Shown here one piece after another: positions 39,262 through 49,763 of a DNA stretch of 64,000 nucleotides. Every line of letters starts with the position of its first letter. Position 1 is the first letter of the stretch. The stretch covers positions 47,288 to 111,287 of the forward strand of contig NZ_JBLWWG010000010.1 of NCBI RefSeq assembly GCF_048268045.1, read 5' to 3'. Both the position numbers and the translations under genes were made by a program. This DNA is from Stappia sp. GTDB lineage: Bacteria; Pseudomonadota; Alphaproteobacteria; Rhizobiales; Stappiaceae. The notes below the pieces were generated by a model. The model did not search any database, was not told the origin of the DNA, and saw nothing but the letters and a program-made list of their open reading frames with translations.

Positions 39262-41109
39262 ATGGAAGATGCCGAAATGACCACCTCCCCCGCCGAAAAC
39301 CCCTCCTCTTCCTCGTTCGAGGCCCTTTCCAGGGAGATTGAGCATTTTCTCGGTATCGAGGGGCGGAACACGGCGGAAAGCAAGGCGGTCTGGCAGAAGG
39401 TGCGCCCGGCTCTCCCGCAGATTCTCGACGCCTTCTACGGCGCGATCACCAAAAACGAGGAGCTTCGCGAGAAGCTCGGCGATGTCAGCAAGGCCGTTCC
39501 GCGCCTGAAGTCCGCGCAGGTCGACCATTGGGACCACATCTTCACCAATAAGCTGGGCCGCAGCACGGCGGACCGCTCGAAGCTGGTGGGTGAGGCGCAT
39601 GTGCGCATCGGCCTCGAGCCGAAATGGTATCTTGCCGCGTACGGACGGCTTCTCGTCGATGCGATTCCCGCGCTCGCCGGCGCCTACCCGCTTCAGCCTG
39701 GCCGGCTTGCCGCCGCGCTCCAGGTTCTGATCGGACGCATCTTCGTCGACATGATCGTGTCCTACGACGCCTATGAGACCGGCGTTCTGCAGCAGCAGGC
39801 CGAGGAAAACCGGCAGGAAAACCAGCTCACCGCACTGCGCAGCCTCGCTGGCACGGTCTCCGATATCAACGATGTTGCGATCGGCATGGCGTCCTTCTCT
39901 CGCAACACCAAGCGCGCCCGCGAGAGTGGCCAGGCGATCTCGGCCGCGGCGACGGAACTCGTCACCTCCGTCGAACAGATCGCCGCCAACAGCGACAGCG
40001 CCGCGCACCAGGCCGACGCTACCAACGAGGCGGTGGCCCACGGCCTGAGCGCAATGGACGACGTTTCGCAGTGCATGAGCGACATTGCCGCGACAGCCAA
40101 GGAAAGCGCGAACAACCTCGCCGACCTGCAGCAGGCCTCCGAGCAGATCGGGGAATTCCTGTCTGTGATCGAGAGCATCGCCAGCCAGACGAACCTGCTG
40201 GCGCTGAACGCGACCATCGAGGCAGCGCGCGCGGGCGAGGCCGGCCGGGGCTTCGCCGTTGTCGCCAGTGAAGTCAAGACGCTGGCGTCGCAGACAGCAC
40301 GGGCGACCGAGGACATCACCCAGCGCATCGGCGCGCTGCGAGCAGGCATGACGACCACGCAGCAAGCCATCGCCAGCTCGAGCGAGGCGGTGACGCGCGG
40401 CCAGAAGACGATCGAGGGCGCCAACGAACGCATGCATACGATCAGCTCGCAGATCGGCGAAGTGTCCGAGCGCATGAAGGAAATCTCCCAGATCCTGCAG
40501 CAGCAGAAGCACTCCAGCCAGGAGATCGCCGAGAGCATCAATGGCGTCGCCGATCTCGCGGCGGAGAACGACCGGCAACTCGTCGAGATGAGCACGACGC
40601 TGCAGCAGAGCAACGACCGCTTCGCCCAGGATGCGCAGAAGTGGTTCAACGACAGCTCGAACAGGTCCATGTGCGAGATGGCGAAAATCGATCACGTGCT
40701 GTTCAAGAAGCGCGTGATCGACACGGTCATCGGACGCGACGACTGGTCGGCCGGCGACGTGCCCGATCATCACGCCTGCCGATTCGGCAAGTGGTATGCT
40801 TCCATCGACAGCGAAGCGGTGCGTCGCCACCCCGCTTACAAGGCGATCCAGGATCCGCACCAGCGCGTGCACCTGGCGGCAAAGGCCGCTCTTGAGTCTC
40901 ATGCCGCCGGCAACGCGCAAGAAACCGCCGCGCATCTCCACGACCTCGACAAGGCAAGCCGCGACGTGCTGACCGCGCTGGCAGCCCTTTCGCAGATGTT
41001 CGCAGCCGGCGGTGTCGCGGACGACCGGCGCAAGCCGTCGTCGTCTCACGCGCACGGCAGGGGTTGCGCCCATGCGACCACCGCACCTGTCCGGGCAGCC
41101 GCAGGCTGA
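39262..41109 (+). CDS. Soluble chemoreceptor: globin sensor + MCP signal domain + C-terminal CZB domain
   Basis: [14 protein letters not shown]; [30 protein letters not shown]; [16 protein letters not shown] and HQRVH (CZB ligands). Confidence 0.92.
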   Translation: MEDAEMTTSPAENPSSSSFEALSREIEHFLGIEGRNTAESKAVWQKVRPALPQILDAFYGAITKNEELREKLGDVSKAVPRLKSAQVDHWDHIFTNKLGRSTADRSKLVGEAHVRIGLEPKWYLAAYGRLLVDAIPALAGAYPLQPGRLAAALQVLIGRIFVDMIVSYDAYETGVLQQQAEENRQENQLTALRSLAGTVSDINDVAIGMASFSRNTKRARESGQAISAAATELVTSVEQIAANSDSAAHQADATNEAVAHGLSAMDDVSQCMSDIAATAKESANNLADLQQASEQIGEFLSVIESIASQTNLLALNATIEAARAGEAGRGFAVVASEVKTLASQTARATEDITQRIGALRAGMTTTQQAIASSSEAVTRGQKTIEGANERMHTISSQIGEVSERMKEISQILQQQKHSSQEIAESINGVADLAAENDRQLVEMSTTLQQSNDRFAQDAQKWFNDSSNRSMCEMAKIDHVLFKKRVIDTVIGRDDWSAGDVPDHHACRFGKWYASIDSEAVRRHPAYKAIQDPHQRVHLAAKAALESHAAGNAQETAAHLHDLDKASRDVLTALAALSQMFAAGGVADDRRKPSSSHAHGRGCAHATTAPVRAAAG

Positions 41110-41232
41110 GAACCCCGTGTCAGGCGCGCAAGAGGCTCGTCGCTTTTGCGACTTGCGCTTTGTCTTCACATTCGAAATCATCAATCTGTTTTCAGAGGCC
41201 GACAGAATTGGCCCGTTCGGGAGGATGATTTC

Positions 41233-41835
41233 ATGAAGACGACCCGCATGCCCGCACCCACGCGGCACAACGCTTGCCTGTTTGCCCTTGGGCTGGGGCT
41301 CTGGCTCGGGGCCGGATTTGCCCCGGCCTCCGCCGAGGATGCACTGCAGATCACGCCGGACGTCACGTCGGTGACGATCGAGACCGAGGACGGGCCGGTC
41401 GACATCACCCGCACGCGCAACGACATGCAGCTCATCGGCGGTGTGCTGCAGCCGCTCATTCCGGTGCCAGGCGTGCATCCCGCCGGCGAGCTGGAGGTTC
41501 TCGCAGCGCTGGGCGACGAAAACGCCCGGGTCGTCGACATGCGCACGACGGAATGGCGCGTGAAGGCCACCATTCCGGGTTCGATCCACATTCCCTACAC
41601 CGAGGTCGCGATGCGCCTCGATGAGCTCGGCTGCTCGGGTGAACAGGGCAAGTGGGACTGTTCCGGGGCGCTGGAGGTCTTCGCCTTCTGCAACGGCCCC
41701 GCCTGCCCGCAGAGCCCCACCGCCATCAAGGCGATGGTTCGCGAGGGCTTTCCGCCCGAGAAGATCCACTATTATCGCGGCGGCATGCAGGACTGGATTG
41801 TCCTCGGCCTGACCACCGTCGAGAACATGTTCTAG
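41233..41835 (+). CDS. Exported rhodanese-like protein
   Basis: Signal peptide ending ASA; VVDMRT.EW....TIPGSIHIP, AFCNGPACPQS and YYRGGMQDW motifs. Confidence 0.85.
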   Translation: MKTTRMPAPTRHNACLFALGLGLWLGAGFAPASAEDALQITPDVTSVTIETEDGPVDITRTRNDMQLIGGVLQPLIPVPGVHPAGELEVLAALGDENARVVDMRTTEWRVKATIPGSIHIPYTEVAMRLDELGCSGEQGKWDCSGALEVFAFCNGPACPQSPTAIKAMVREGFPPEKIHYYRGGMQDWIVLGLTTVENMF

Positions 41836-41858
41836 GGCGATTTTGTTTCGCCAATGCG

Positions 41859-41894
41859 AAAAAGGGCGAGGTGCCCAAAGCCCCCGCCCCTTTT
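41859..41894. terminator. Probable bidirectional terminator between convergent rhodanese and matB
   Basis: AAAAGGGCG...CGCCCCTTTT arms with flanking A/T tracts; large loop. Confidence 0.5.
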
Positions 41895-41922
41895 CTCAGG
41901 TCCGCCTTTGTCTCTGCACCGC

Positions 41923-43446
41923 TCAGGCGGCGGAGAACGTCTCCTTGAAGCGATCCCGCAGCACGTTCTTCTGGATCTTGCCCATCGTGTTGCGCGGCAG
42001 TTCGTCGACCACATAGACCTTCTTGGGCTGCTTGAATTTGGCGAGCCTGTCGGCCAGCGGTGCAACGATCAGGTCCGGATCGAGATTCGCGCCCTTGTGG
42101 GGCGCGACGACGGCAACGACCGCTTCGCCGAAGTCGGCATGGGGCACACCGATCACCGCGCTTTCCGCCACGCCCTCGATCTCGTCGATCACCGCCTCGA
42201 CCTCGGCCGGATAGACATTGAAACCACCGGTGATGATCAGGTCCTTCGACCGCCCGACGATGGAGACATAACCGCGCTCATCGACGCGGCCCATGTCGCC
42301 GGTGATGAAGAAGCCGTCGACCCGGAACTCGGATGCGGTCTTCTCCGGCATCTGCCAGTAGCCCTGGAAGACATTGGGGCCCTTCACCTCGATGCCCCCG
42401 ACCTCGCCCTGCGCCAGCACCTTGCCCGTCTCCGGATCGGCGATGCGCAGCTCGACGCCCGGCAGCGGGAACCCGACGGTTCCCGGCCGCCGGTCGCCCC
42501 GGTAGGGGTTCGAGGTGTTCATATTGGTTTCGGTCATGCCGTAGCGCTCGAGAATGGCGTGTCCCGTGCGTGCGCTGAAAGCCTTGTGAACCTCTGCCGA
42601 AAGCGGTGCCGAGCCGGAGACGAACAGACGCATGTGCGCAGCCAGCTCGCGGGTGAACGCGTCGCTGCCGAGCAGGCGGGCATAGAAGGTTGGCACCCCC
42701 ATCAGCGCCGTTGCGCGCGGCATCAGCCGCAGGATCTCGGCAAGATCGAATTTCGCAAGAAACAGCAGCGAGCCGCCGGCAAGCAGCGTCACATTGGTGG
42801 CGACGAAAAGACCGTGCGTGTGGAAGATCGGAAGCGCGTGCAGGAGCACGTCGTCGGATGTGAACTCCCACTCCTTCACCAGAACCCGCGCGTTGGAGGC
42901 AAGGTTCTCGTGAGACAGCATTGCGCCCTTGGAGCGCCCCGTCGTGCCGGAAGTGTAGAGAATCGCGGCCAGGTCGTTCGCTCCGCGCGCGACATCCTCG
43001 AAGGTCTCGGAGGCCGCGTCGGCGGCATCTCGCAGCGAGCCCTTGCCATCGGCACCAAGCGTTTCGAGACGCGCTTCGCTCTGTTCGGCAATGGGGCCGA
43101 TGGCATCGGCGCGCGCCGGATCGCAGACAACCAGCGCCGGCTTGGCGTCGCCGACGAAATACGCCACTTCCGCCGGCGTGTAGGCGGTGTTGAGCGGCAG
43201 GAAGACGCCACCGGCACGCACCGTGCCGAGATAGAGCATCAGGGCCTCGGGCGTCTTTTCCACCTGCACCGCGACCCGGTCGCCAGGCTTGACGCCCATG
43301 GCAACCAGCGCATTGGCGAAGGCGGAGGAGCGCGCGATCAGCCCGTCATAGGTGAGACGCGTGCCGTCCGGGGTCTCCAGGAACAGCGCGTCGCCATCAC
43401 GGATGGCGGAGCGGATCTGAGAAAAAAGGTGGTTCTGCTGTGTCAT
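41923..43446 (-). CDS. matB: Malonyl-CoA synthetase
   Basis: LYTSGTTGRSKGAMLSH, ILERYGMTET, RPGTVG and GRSKDLIITGGFNVYP motifs; mat cluster context. Confidence 0.95.
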   Translation of the reverse strand: MTQQNHLFSQIRSAIRDGDALFLETPDGTRLTYDGLIARSSAFANALVAMGVKPGDRVAVQVEKTPEALMLYLGTVRAGGVFLPLNTAYTPAEVAYFVGDAKPALVVCDPARADAIGPIAEQSEARLETLGADGKGSLRDAADAASETFEDVARGANDLAAILYTSGTTGRSKGAMLSHENLASNARVLVKEWEFTSDDVLLHALPIFHTHGLFVATNVTLLAGGSLLFLAKFDLAEILRLMPRATALMGVPTFYARLLGSDAFTRELAAHMRLFVSGSAPLSAEVHKAFSARTGHAILERYGMTETNMNTSNPYRGDRRPGTVGFPLPGVELRIADPETGKVLAQGEVGGIEVKGPNVFQGYWQMPEKTASEFRVDGFFITGDMGRVDERGYVSIVGRSKDLIITGGFNVYPAEVEAVIDEIEGVAESAVIGVPHADFGEAVVAVVAPHKGANLDPDLIVAPLADRLAKFKQPKKVYVVDELPRNTMGKIQKNVLRDRFKETFSAA

Positions 43447-44834
43447 GCAACCGGGTCCGGTGTCTGTTTTCTTGGTTCTGGCACGGCCTTCAGGAGGCGG
43501 GACACGCCGCTGGAGGCGGCAACGTGACCAGTCGCCGCGAAGGCTTCGTGGTTCCTTTCGATCTCACCGAGATCGTAAAGATAGTTGACCATCACGCCGA
43601 AGGACTGGCGGCGGCCGTTGGCGGAGGGATCGGCATCCCAGTTGACGCGCTCGAGACGCGCGCCATTGCCGAGGTGGAACCTGGCGACGGGATCGAGCGG
43701 TCGATTGCCCCGTCCCTTTTCGCGCACGAGATAGTGGGCGGCCAACGCACGCAGCGGCTCACGCAGTTCCTCGGCCTGCGTCTCATCGGCGAGCAGGCCG
43801 GCGATGGCCGCGTCCGCGTCGGGCGCCGACAGAGCCTCGCGGAAGGAGGCCGGCAACGCCTTCACCGCCACCCCTTCCCCGTCCGTGACCGCAGAGGATA
43901 GCCATGTCCTGAAGCCCGGCATCGGCGACAAGGTGATGAAGGTCTTCAGGTTAGGCAGGTCGCGGCGCAGTTCCTCAACCACCTGCTTGATCAGGAAATT
44001 GCCGAAGGAAATGCCGCGCAGCCCCTCCTGGCAGTTGGAGATCGAGTAGAAGACCGCTGTTGTCGCTTCATGCGCCGGCAACTCAGGCCGCGTCTCGGCA
44101 AGGATCGGCGGGATCGCCTCTGGAATCGCCCGCAGCAGCGCCACTTCGACAAAGATCAGCGGATCGTCGACGAGCGCGGGATGGAAGAATGCGTAGAGCC
44201 GGCGGTCGGCGAGCGCGATGCGCCGGCGCAGGTCATCCCAGCCGTGAATCTCGTGCACCGCCTCGTAGCGGATAATCCGCTCAAGAATCGCGGCCGGAGT
44301 CGACCAGTCGATCCGCTGCATGACGAGAAAGCCACGGTTGAACCAGGACGAGAACAGATGCTCGAAATCCTTGTCGACATCGCGCAGCTCCGGCATCTCG
44401 CGCGTCATCGCGAGCAAGTCCTTGCGCATCCGCACCAGCGCCGTGGTGCCGCCGGGTGAGAGGTTGAGACGCCGGATCAGTTCCTGCCGGCGCGGCTCGG
44501 AAGCTGCGTGAAGCTGGCGCAGAAGCGCATCATCGCCCGGGGTCTCGAGCACCGCGCGCGCGGCTTCGGCGACACGCTGCTCGTCGACGCCGAACCGCGC
44601 GTGAAGCTCGCCGAAGAATATCTTGCGCTCCTCGGGGACGAGCGTCGCGTAGCTCGTCAGCACATCGCGGGCCAGCGCGACGCCGGAGGCCTCGCCACGC
44701 CCGGAGATGAGCGCCTCGCACAGGTCGCCAAGCCCGTGGCCACTTGGCGTGCGCTCACGCCTGAGATCGAGAAGCTGGCGCCCCTGCTCCGCGATCGAGG
44801 ACAGGAGGTCATTGAAGAAACTGCCACTGCTCAT
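43443..44834 (-). CDS. matA: Malonyl-CoA decarboxylase
   Basis: FSSWFNRGFL, YEAVHEI, FYSISNCQEGLRGISFGNFLIKQVV, TLSPMPGF and DPVARFHLGNGA motifs. Confidence 0.95.
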   Translation of the reverse strand: MSSGSFFNDLLSSIAEQGRQLLDLRRERTPSGHGLGDLCEALISGRGEASGVALARDVLTSYATLVPEERKIFFGELHARFGVDEQRVAEAARAVLETPGDDALLRQLHAASEPRRQELIRRLNLSPGGTTALVRMRKDLLAMTREMPELRDVDKDFEHLFSSWFNRGFLVMQRIDWSTPAAILERIIRYEAVHEIHGWDDLRRRIALADRRLYAFFHPALVDDPLIFVEVALLRAIPEAIPPILAETRPELPAHEATTAVFYSISNCQEGLRGISFGNFLIKQVVEELRRDLPNLKTFITLSPMPGFRTWLSSAVTDGEGVAVKALPASFREALSAPDADAAIAGLLADETQAEELREPLRALAAHYLVREKGRGNRPLDPVARFHLGNGARLERVNWDADPSANGRRQSFGVMVNYLYDLGEIERNHEAFAATGHVAASSGVSRLLKAVPEPRKQTPDPVA

Positions 44835-46147
44835 TGGCCGGGTCCCATCAGAAGATTCGGGAGCCAGAGCGCGATCTCGGGCACGAGGCAGAGAAGAAGG
44901 ATCCCGACCACCATGCAGCCCACATAGGGCATCGAGCCGCGCAGGACTTCCCCGAGGGTGATATTCGGAGCGATCCCGTTGATCACATACAGGTTTAGCC
45001 CCACCGGCGGCGTGATCAAGCCGATTTCCATGTTGATCGTCAGGATAACCGCGAACCAATAGGGGTCGAACCCAGCCTGAATGATGATCGGCAGCAGGAT
45101 CGGCGCCGTCATCAGGATCACCGCCACCGGCGGAAGGAAGAACCCCGCAAAGAGCAGGAAGGCGTTGATGATCGCCATCAGCACCCAGCGGTTGACGTCG
45201 AGGGCTGCGATCCATCCGGCGATGGTCTGAGTGATGAACAGCGACGACAGCGCGAAGGAGAAGAGTTCGGAAGCGCCGATAATCATCATGATCATCACGC
45301 TTTCCTTCAGCGTGTCGCGAAAGAGACCGGCATAGAGCGAGGGACGGAACAGACGGTAGATCACCGCGACGAAGACGAGACACAGCAACGCCCCGACGCC
45401 GGCCGCCTCCGATGGCGTCGCGAGCCCGCCGTAGAGTACGTAGAGGATCGCCACGATGATGGCCAGGAATGGCAGCACTCGCGGCAGCACCTCGAAGCGC
45501 TCTCGGAAGGAGAAGCGCCGGCCGAGCATATCGAGGCCGACGCCGCGACGGTGACAGTCGTAGATCGTCCAGACCATGAACAGCACGGTCAGCATGAAGC
45601 CCGGCAGCAGCCCGGCCAGGAACAGCCGGCCGATGGATGTCTCCGTGGCGATACCGTAGACGATCATCGTCAGGGAGGGCGGAATCAGGATGCCGAGCGT
45701 GCCGCCGGCGGCGATGGACCCGGCGGCGATCTCGTTGGGATAGCCGCGCTTGGTCATCTCCGGGATGCCCATCTTGCCGATGGCGGCGCAGGTGGCCGGC
45801 GACGACCCGGAAAGCGCTGCAAAGATCGAGCATGCCCCCAGATTGGAGAGCACCAAGCCACCCGGAATCCGATTGAGCCAGCGATCGAGCGCCTCGTAGA
45901 GATCCTTGCCTGCCGGCGACGAGGCAACCGCTGCACCCATCAGGATGAACATCGGGATCGAGACGAGGCTGAAGGAGGCAAGCCCGCCGAAGAAGGTTTC
46001 GCCGAGTATGCTGAGACTGCCCCAGCCGTCGGCGAGGATGAGCACGGCGATGGAAACGAAGCCGAGCGCGAAAGCGATGGGTACGCCCATGGCGAGAAAG
46101 ACAAGCAGCGCGGCGAGAACCAGCGCGCCCCAGAGCATCGGGGTCAT
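44831..46147 (-). CDS. matM: TRAP large permease (DctM), malonate uptake
   Basis: SGSSPATCAAIG, GGTLGILIPPS and EIGLITPPVGLNL motifs. Confidence 0.92.
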   Translation of the reverse strand: MTPMLWGALVLAALLVFLAMGVPIAFALGFVSIAVLILADGWGSLSILGETFFGGLASFSLVSIPMFILMGAAVASSPAGKDLYEALDRWLNRIPGGLVLSNLGACSIFAALSGSSPATCAAIGKMGIPEMTKRGYPNEIAAGSIAAGGTLGILIPPSLTMIVYGIATETSIGRLFLAGLLPGFMLTVLFMVWTIYDCHRRGVGLDMLGRRFSFRERFEVLPRVLPFLAIIVAILYVLYGGLATPSEAAGVGALLCLVFVAVIYRLFRPSLYAGLFRDTLKESVMIMMIIGASELFSFALSSLFITQTIAGWIAALDVNRWVLMAIINAFLLFAGFFLPPVAVILMTAPILLPIIIQAGFDPYWFAVILTINMEIGLITPPVGLNLYVINGIAPNITLGEVLRGSMPYVGCMVVGILLLCLVPEIALWLPNLLMGPGQ

Positions 46148-46632
46148 TCGACGCCTCCGTAGATCTTGATGATCTCGGCGAGGTACTGAAGCACCAGCAC
46201 GCCGATACCCAGCGGCAACGGGAAAAGCGGGATCCACAGCGGAATGCGCGCGACTGAATCCGTGGTCCAGTCATAGACCCACGCCTCGTGCAGGTAGAGC
46301 CAGCCCGACCAGGCCAGAAGCGCGCAGAAGGCGACGCCCACAAGACCTGACACCGTCTGCATCAGCCGCCTGAGACCCGGAGAAGCCTGAAGCTGGAGCA
46401 GGTCGACATTCACGTGCCCCTTGTGCAGAAGCACATAGGGCGAGCCGAGGAAGGTCGCCGCGACCAGCGAGTAGATCACATATTCGGTCTGCCAGACCGT
46501 CGACCCGTTCAGGAAGTAACGAACAATCACCATGTGGGTCACGACCAGGGCAGCCGACCCGGTGAGGCACATCGCGACAAGGCCAAGCAGGCGCGAGATC
46601 GCCGAAATGAGAGAAACATACGCTGCTGTCAT
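46144..46632 (-). CDS. matQ: TRAP small permease (DctQ)
   Basis: 4 TM segments; RY.L.....WQTE and H..VD motifs; ATGA overlap with dctM. Confidence 0.9.
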   Translation of the reverse strand: MTAAYVSLISAISRLLGLVAMCLTGSAALVVTHMVIVRYFLNGSTVWQTEYVIYSLVAATFLGSPYVLLHKGHVNVDLLQLQASPGLRRLMQTVSGLVGVAFCALLAWSGWLYLHEAWVYDWTTDSVARIPLWIPLFPLPLGIGVLVLQYLAEIIKIYGGVE

Positions 46633-46787
46633 CGAAATCTGCTTCCAGCTCGTTCGCGCGCCGGCGGATTCAAGGCGCGCCGCAGGGAAGCCGCCGGTCG
46701 GCGACGGGACGCGCTCCGGACGGAGCGCCGATGCAGGAAGAATGCGGCCCCCCGACGGGAGGGTTGCCGTCGGGGGCCCGCGTTCGA

Positions 46788-47792
46788 TCAATCAACGGCC
46801 AGCGCCTTCGCGATGAGCTCCTCGCCACCGGGCACGTTCTCGGAGAAGTTCTTGTAGGAAGTCTCCTTGGCGATCGCGAGCCAGGCGTCATAGTTCTCCG
46901 GGCTCATTTCCACGACCTCGACGCCGGCGTCCTTGAACGCCTTGATCATCTTGTCGTCGAGCCCCTTGGCCTCGGCAGCGAAATAGGTCTCCGCCACTTT
47001 CCCGGCCGCCATCAGCGCGTCCTGCTGTTCCTTGCTCAGCTTGTCCCAGCTGCGCTTGGACATCAGGATCGGCTCATACATGAACCACAGGGCATTGGCG
47101 CCCGGTGCCGTCAGGCAGGTTGTCTGCTCGTAGAGCCGGTAGGACACGAAGGACCCGGACGAGGTGTTGGCGGCGTCGAGAACGCCGGTCTGAAGGCCGG
47201 TATAGATCTCCGAGGACGGCATCGAGGCAATCGAGCCACCGGCACCGACCAGCATCTGCTCGAAAGCCGGACCCGCAGCGCGCGTCACCTGTCCCTTCAT
47301 GCTCTCAGGCGAGGTGATGCACTGCTTCTTGGAGGCGAAGCCGCCGGCAAGCCAGGCATCGGCAATGACAACCACGCCGGCATCGTTCACAATCTTTTTG
47401 ATGTCACCCATGAACGGAGAGCTGTTGAGACGGGCGGCGCGGTCGTGGTTGCGCACGAGGCCCGGCATCAGCGTCGCCGAGAATTGCGGATGGCGGCCTG
47501 AGGCGTAGTCGAGCGGGAAAGCCGAAATGTCGAGCTGCCCCTTGGTCATGGCACCCCATTGTTCGCGAGCCTTGAACAGCGACTGCCCCGGATAGACCAC
47601 GATCTCGACACCGACATCGGCCTTGGCGACCTCGCGGGCAAGGATCTGGACCATCTCGTCGCGCACGTCGCCCTTGCCGCCCGGCCACTGGTGCGAGGCC
47701 TTGAGCTTCACGTCGGCCGCCTGGGCGGCGGGAATTGCAAGCGCGAGCGCAGTCGTCAGCGCAAGCGCAGTCCTGGTGAATGTCTTCAGCAT
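46788..47792 (-). CDS. matP: TRAP substrate-binding protein (DctP)
   Basis: Signal peptide; LKASHQWPG, RAAG and SEIYTGLQTGVLDA motifs. Confidence 0.92.
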   Translation of the reverse strand: MLKTFTRTALALTTALALAIPAAQAADVKLKASHQWPGGKGDVRDEMVQILAREVAKADVGVEIVVYPGQSLFKAREQWGAMTKGQLDISAFPLDYASGRHPQFSATLMPGLVRNHDRAARLNSSPFMGDIKKIVNDAGVVVIADAWLAGGFASKKQCITSPESMKGQVTRAAGPAFEQMLVGAGGSIASMPSSEIYTGLQTGVLDAANTSSGSFVSYRLYEQTTCLTAPGANALWFMYEPILMSKRSWDKLSKEQQDALMAAGKVAETYFAAEAKGLDDKMIKAFKDAGVEVVEMSPENYDAWLAIAKETSYKNFSENVPGGEELIAKALAVD

Positions 47793-47929
47793 GTCGTCCT
47801 CCCTTCGACACCCGACGATCTCCCACCGCCGGGTTGAAACGTTCGTCCGGCAACGGCGCCTGTGTTTCGCGCTTCTCCCCCGGTCGTTCCTCAAGGCAAC
47901 CATGCGGCAGGTATCCAAGTCAACGGATT

Positions 47930-47939
47930 TTGTATACAA
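47930..47939. promoter_or_regulatory. GntR/MatR operator
   Basis: Palindrome TTGTATACAA between matP and matR, similar to the TCTTGTA/TACACGA site described for Rhizobium MatR. Confidence 0.75.
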
Positions 47940-47967
47940 GAGAGATCGAGTTGCATATCTTTGCCCC

Positions 47968-48678
47968 ATGGATACCATGACCGCCCCTTCGAAAGCCGCC
48001 ACGAGAACGGCAAAGGCACTGCGCGAAGCGCTGGAGGACGACATTGCCGTTGGTGTTTACCCGCCCGGCACCCGTCTCGATGAAGTCTCGCTCGCGACCC
48101 GCTTCTCGGTCTCGCGCACACCGATCCGCGAAGCACTGATTGAGCTTTCCGCCTCCGGTCTGATCGAGATCCGGCCCCGACGCGGCGCCTTCGTCCGCGA
48201 GATCGGCATTCCCGGACTGATCGAGATGTTCGAGGTAATGGCGGAACTCGAGGGCATGTGCGGCCGACTGGCTGCGCGGCGCATGTCGCCAGCCGAAAGC
48301 GCGGAACTCGTCGCCGTGCATGAGGCATGCGAGACGGCCGCCGCCTCGGGCGAGCCCAACGCCTATTTCGGCGCCAACGAACGCTTTCATCACACCATCT
48401 ACCGCTTGAGCGGCAACGGCTTTCTGGCCGAACAGGCACGCGCATTGCAAAACAGGCTGAAGCCCTATCGTCGCCTCCAGCTGCGGGTGCGCAACCGTGT
48501 GCACAATTCCTTTTCCGAGCACCAGACCATCGTCGACGCCCTTCTTGCCGGAGACGCCGCCGGTGCGGAAGCGGCCATGCGTGCCCACATCCTTATCCAG
48601 GGCGAGCGCTTCAACGACTTCGTGGCCTCTCTCGCCGCAGCCGGCAAGACCGGTATCAATGGTACGGACGGGTCTTGA
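47968..48678 (+). CDS. matR: GntR (FCD) regulator of malonate genes
   Basis: LDEVSLATRFSVSRTPIREAL HTH; FCD domain; divergent from the mat operon. Confidence 0.88.
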   Translation: MDTMTAPSKAATRTAKALREALEDDIAVGVYPPGTRLDEVSLATRFSVSRTPIREALIELSASGLIEIRPRRGAFVREIGIPGLIEMFEVMAELEGMCGRLAARRMSPAESAELVAVHEACETAAASGEPNAYFGANERFHHTIYRLSGNGFLAEQARALQNRLKPYRRLQLRVRNRVHNSFSEHQTIVDALLAGDAAGAEAAMRAHILIQGERFNDFVASLAAAGKTGINGTDGS

Positions 48679-48779
48679 GCCCGCAAAATCCCCGGCCAAA
48701 CGAACCGCCGGAAATGCAAAAAGGCGCGGCCACTCCCGGTGACCGCGCCTTTGGCGTCATGCAAAGCAGGTCCAGCGTA

Positions 48780-49499
48780 TCAGGAGGACCCGGCCTTGCT
48801 CAGGACAACGACCCGGGTGTGCGTCGGCACGCGCTCGAACAGGTCCATCACATCCTGGTTCCACATGCGGATGCAGCCGGAAGACACGCTGCGGCCGATG
48901 CTCGACGGATCCTTGGTACCGTGGATCCGGTAGAGCGTATCCTTGCTCCCCTGCCAAAGATCGAGGGCGCGCGCGCCGAGCGGGTTCTGCGGACCGCGCG
49001 GGTAGCCGTCCTTCCAGTATTTCTCAAGGCCAGGATTGCGGGCAATCATCTCCCGCGGAGGGCGCCAGAGCGGCCACACGCGCTTGACGCGGATCTTGGC
49101 GTCGCCTGACCATGCGAAACCCGCCTTGCCGACACCGATGCCGTAGCGCAACGCCTTGCCGCCGGGAAGCGTCAGGTACAGGAACTTGGAATAGGGATCG
49201 ACCACAACGGTTCCCGCCGGCTGACCACCCTTGTAGTCAACGACCTGGCGCCAGTACTTGCGGTCGAACTTCTTGTAGGGGATCGCCGGGATCTTGAAAT
49301 CATAATCCGTGCGCGCGGCATAAGCGGCCGCGTAGTCGAAATCCTCGCCCGGAAGGGGAGGTTTACTGGACGAGCCGGTGAGCGCCGTCGTCGCGCCGCC
49401 TGTCGACTGGCAGGCTGCCAGCAGCATCGGCAAGCCGACCATCAGACTGCGGCGCGTCAGCACCGCACTGCCGGACCCATCCTCGGAATTGGAACCCAT
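48780..49499 (-). CDS. L,D-transpeptidase (YkuD/ErfK), Tat-lipoprotein signal
   Basis: TRR..LLAAC signal; RYGIGVG, NPLGARAL and YRIHGT...SIG..VSSGCIRM motifs. Confidence 0.93.
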   Translation of the reverse strand: MGSNSEDGSGSAVLTRRSLMVGLPMLLAACQSTGGATTALTGSSSKPPLPGEDFDYAAAYAARTDYDFKIPAIPYKKFDRKYWRQVVDYKGGQPAGTVVVDPYSKFLYLTLPGGKALRYGIGVGKAGFAWSGDAKIRVKRVWPLWRPPREMIARNPGLEKYWKDGYPRGPQNPLGARALDLWQGSKDTLYRIHGTKDPSSIGRSVSSGCIRMWNQDVMDLFERVPTHTRVVVLSKAGSS

Positions 49500-49763
49500 G
49501 CACATCGCTCCAAGAGAAAAAACGCCTCGCCCAATTGCCCTTCTAGCCGATCCTTTCGACAAGTGCGAGTGCGACGAAACGCCTGACCGCGCCGAGTGCG
49601 CATCCAACGCGCGATCTCCCACCGCTGTTGCCGAGATACCGCATCGGCGGCGGAAAACCCCACGTCTTGCGTGCATCCATGAGCCCGCTGGCCGGTTGGG
49701 CTTGATTTGTGGCGGGCGATGGCCAAAGGCTGCATCCCTGATCCCTTTACGGCACCCGACACC

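Noticed and set aside
41923-48678. Malonate TRAP/decarboxylase/synthetase cluster as a novel system
   Set aside because: It matches the described rhizobial matPQMAB/MatR arrangement, so it is listed under features only.
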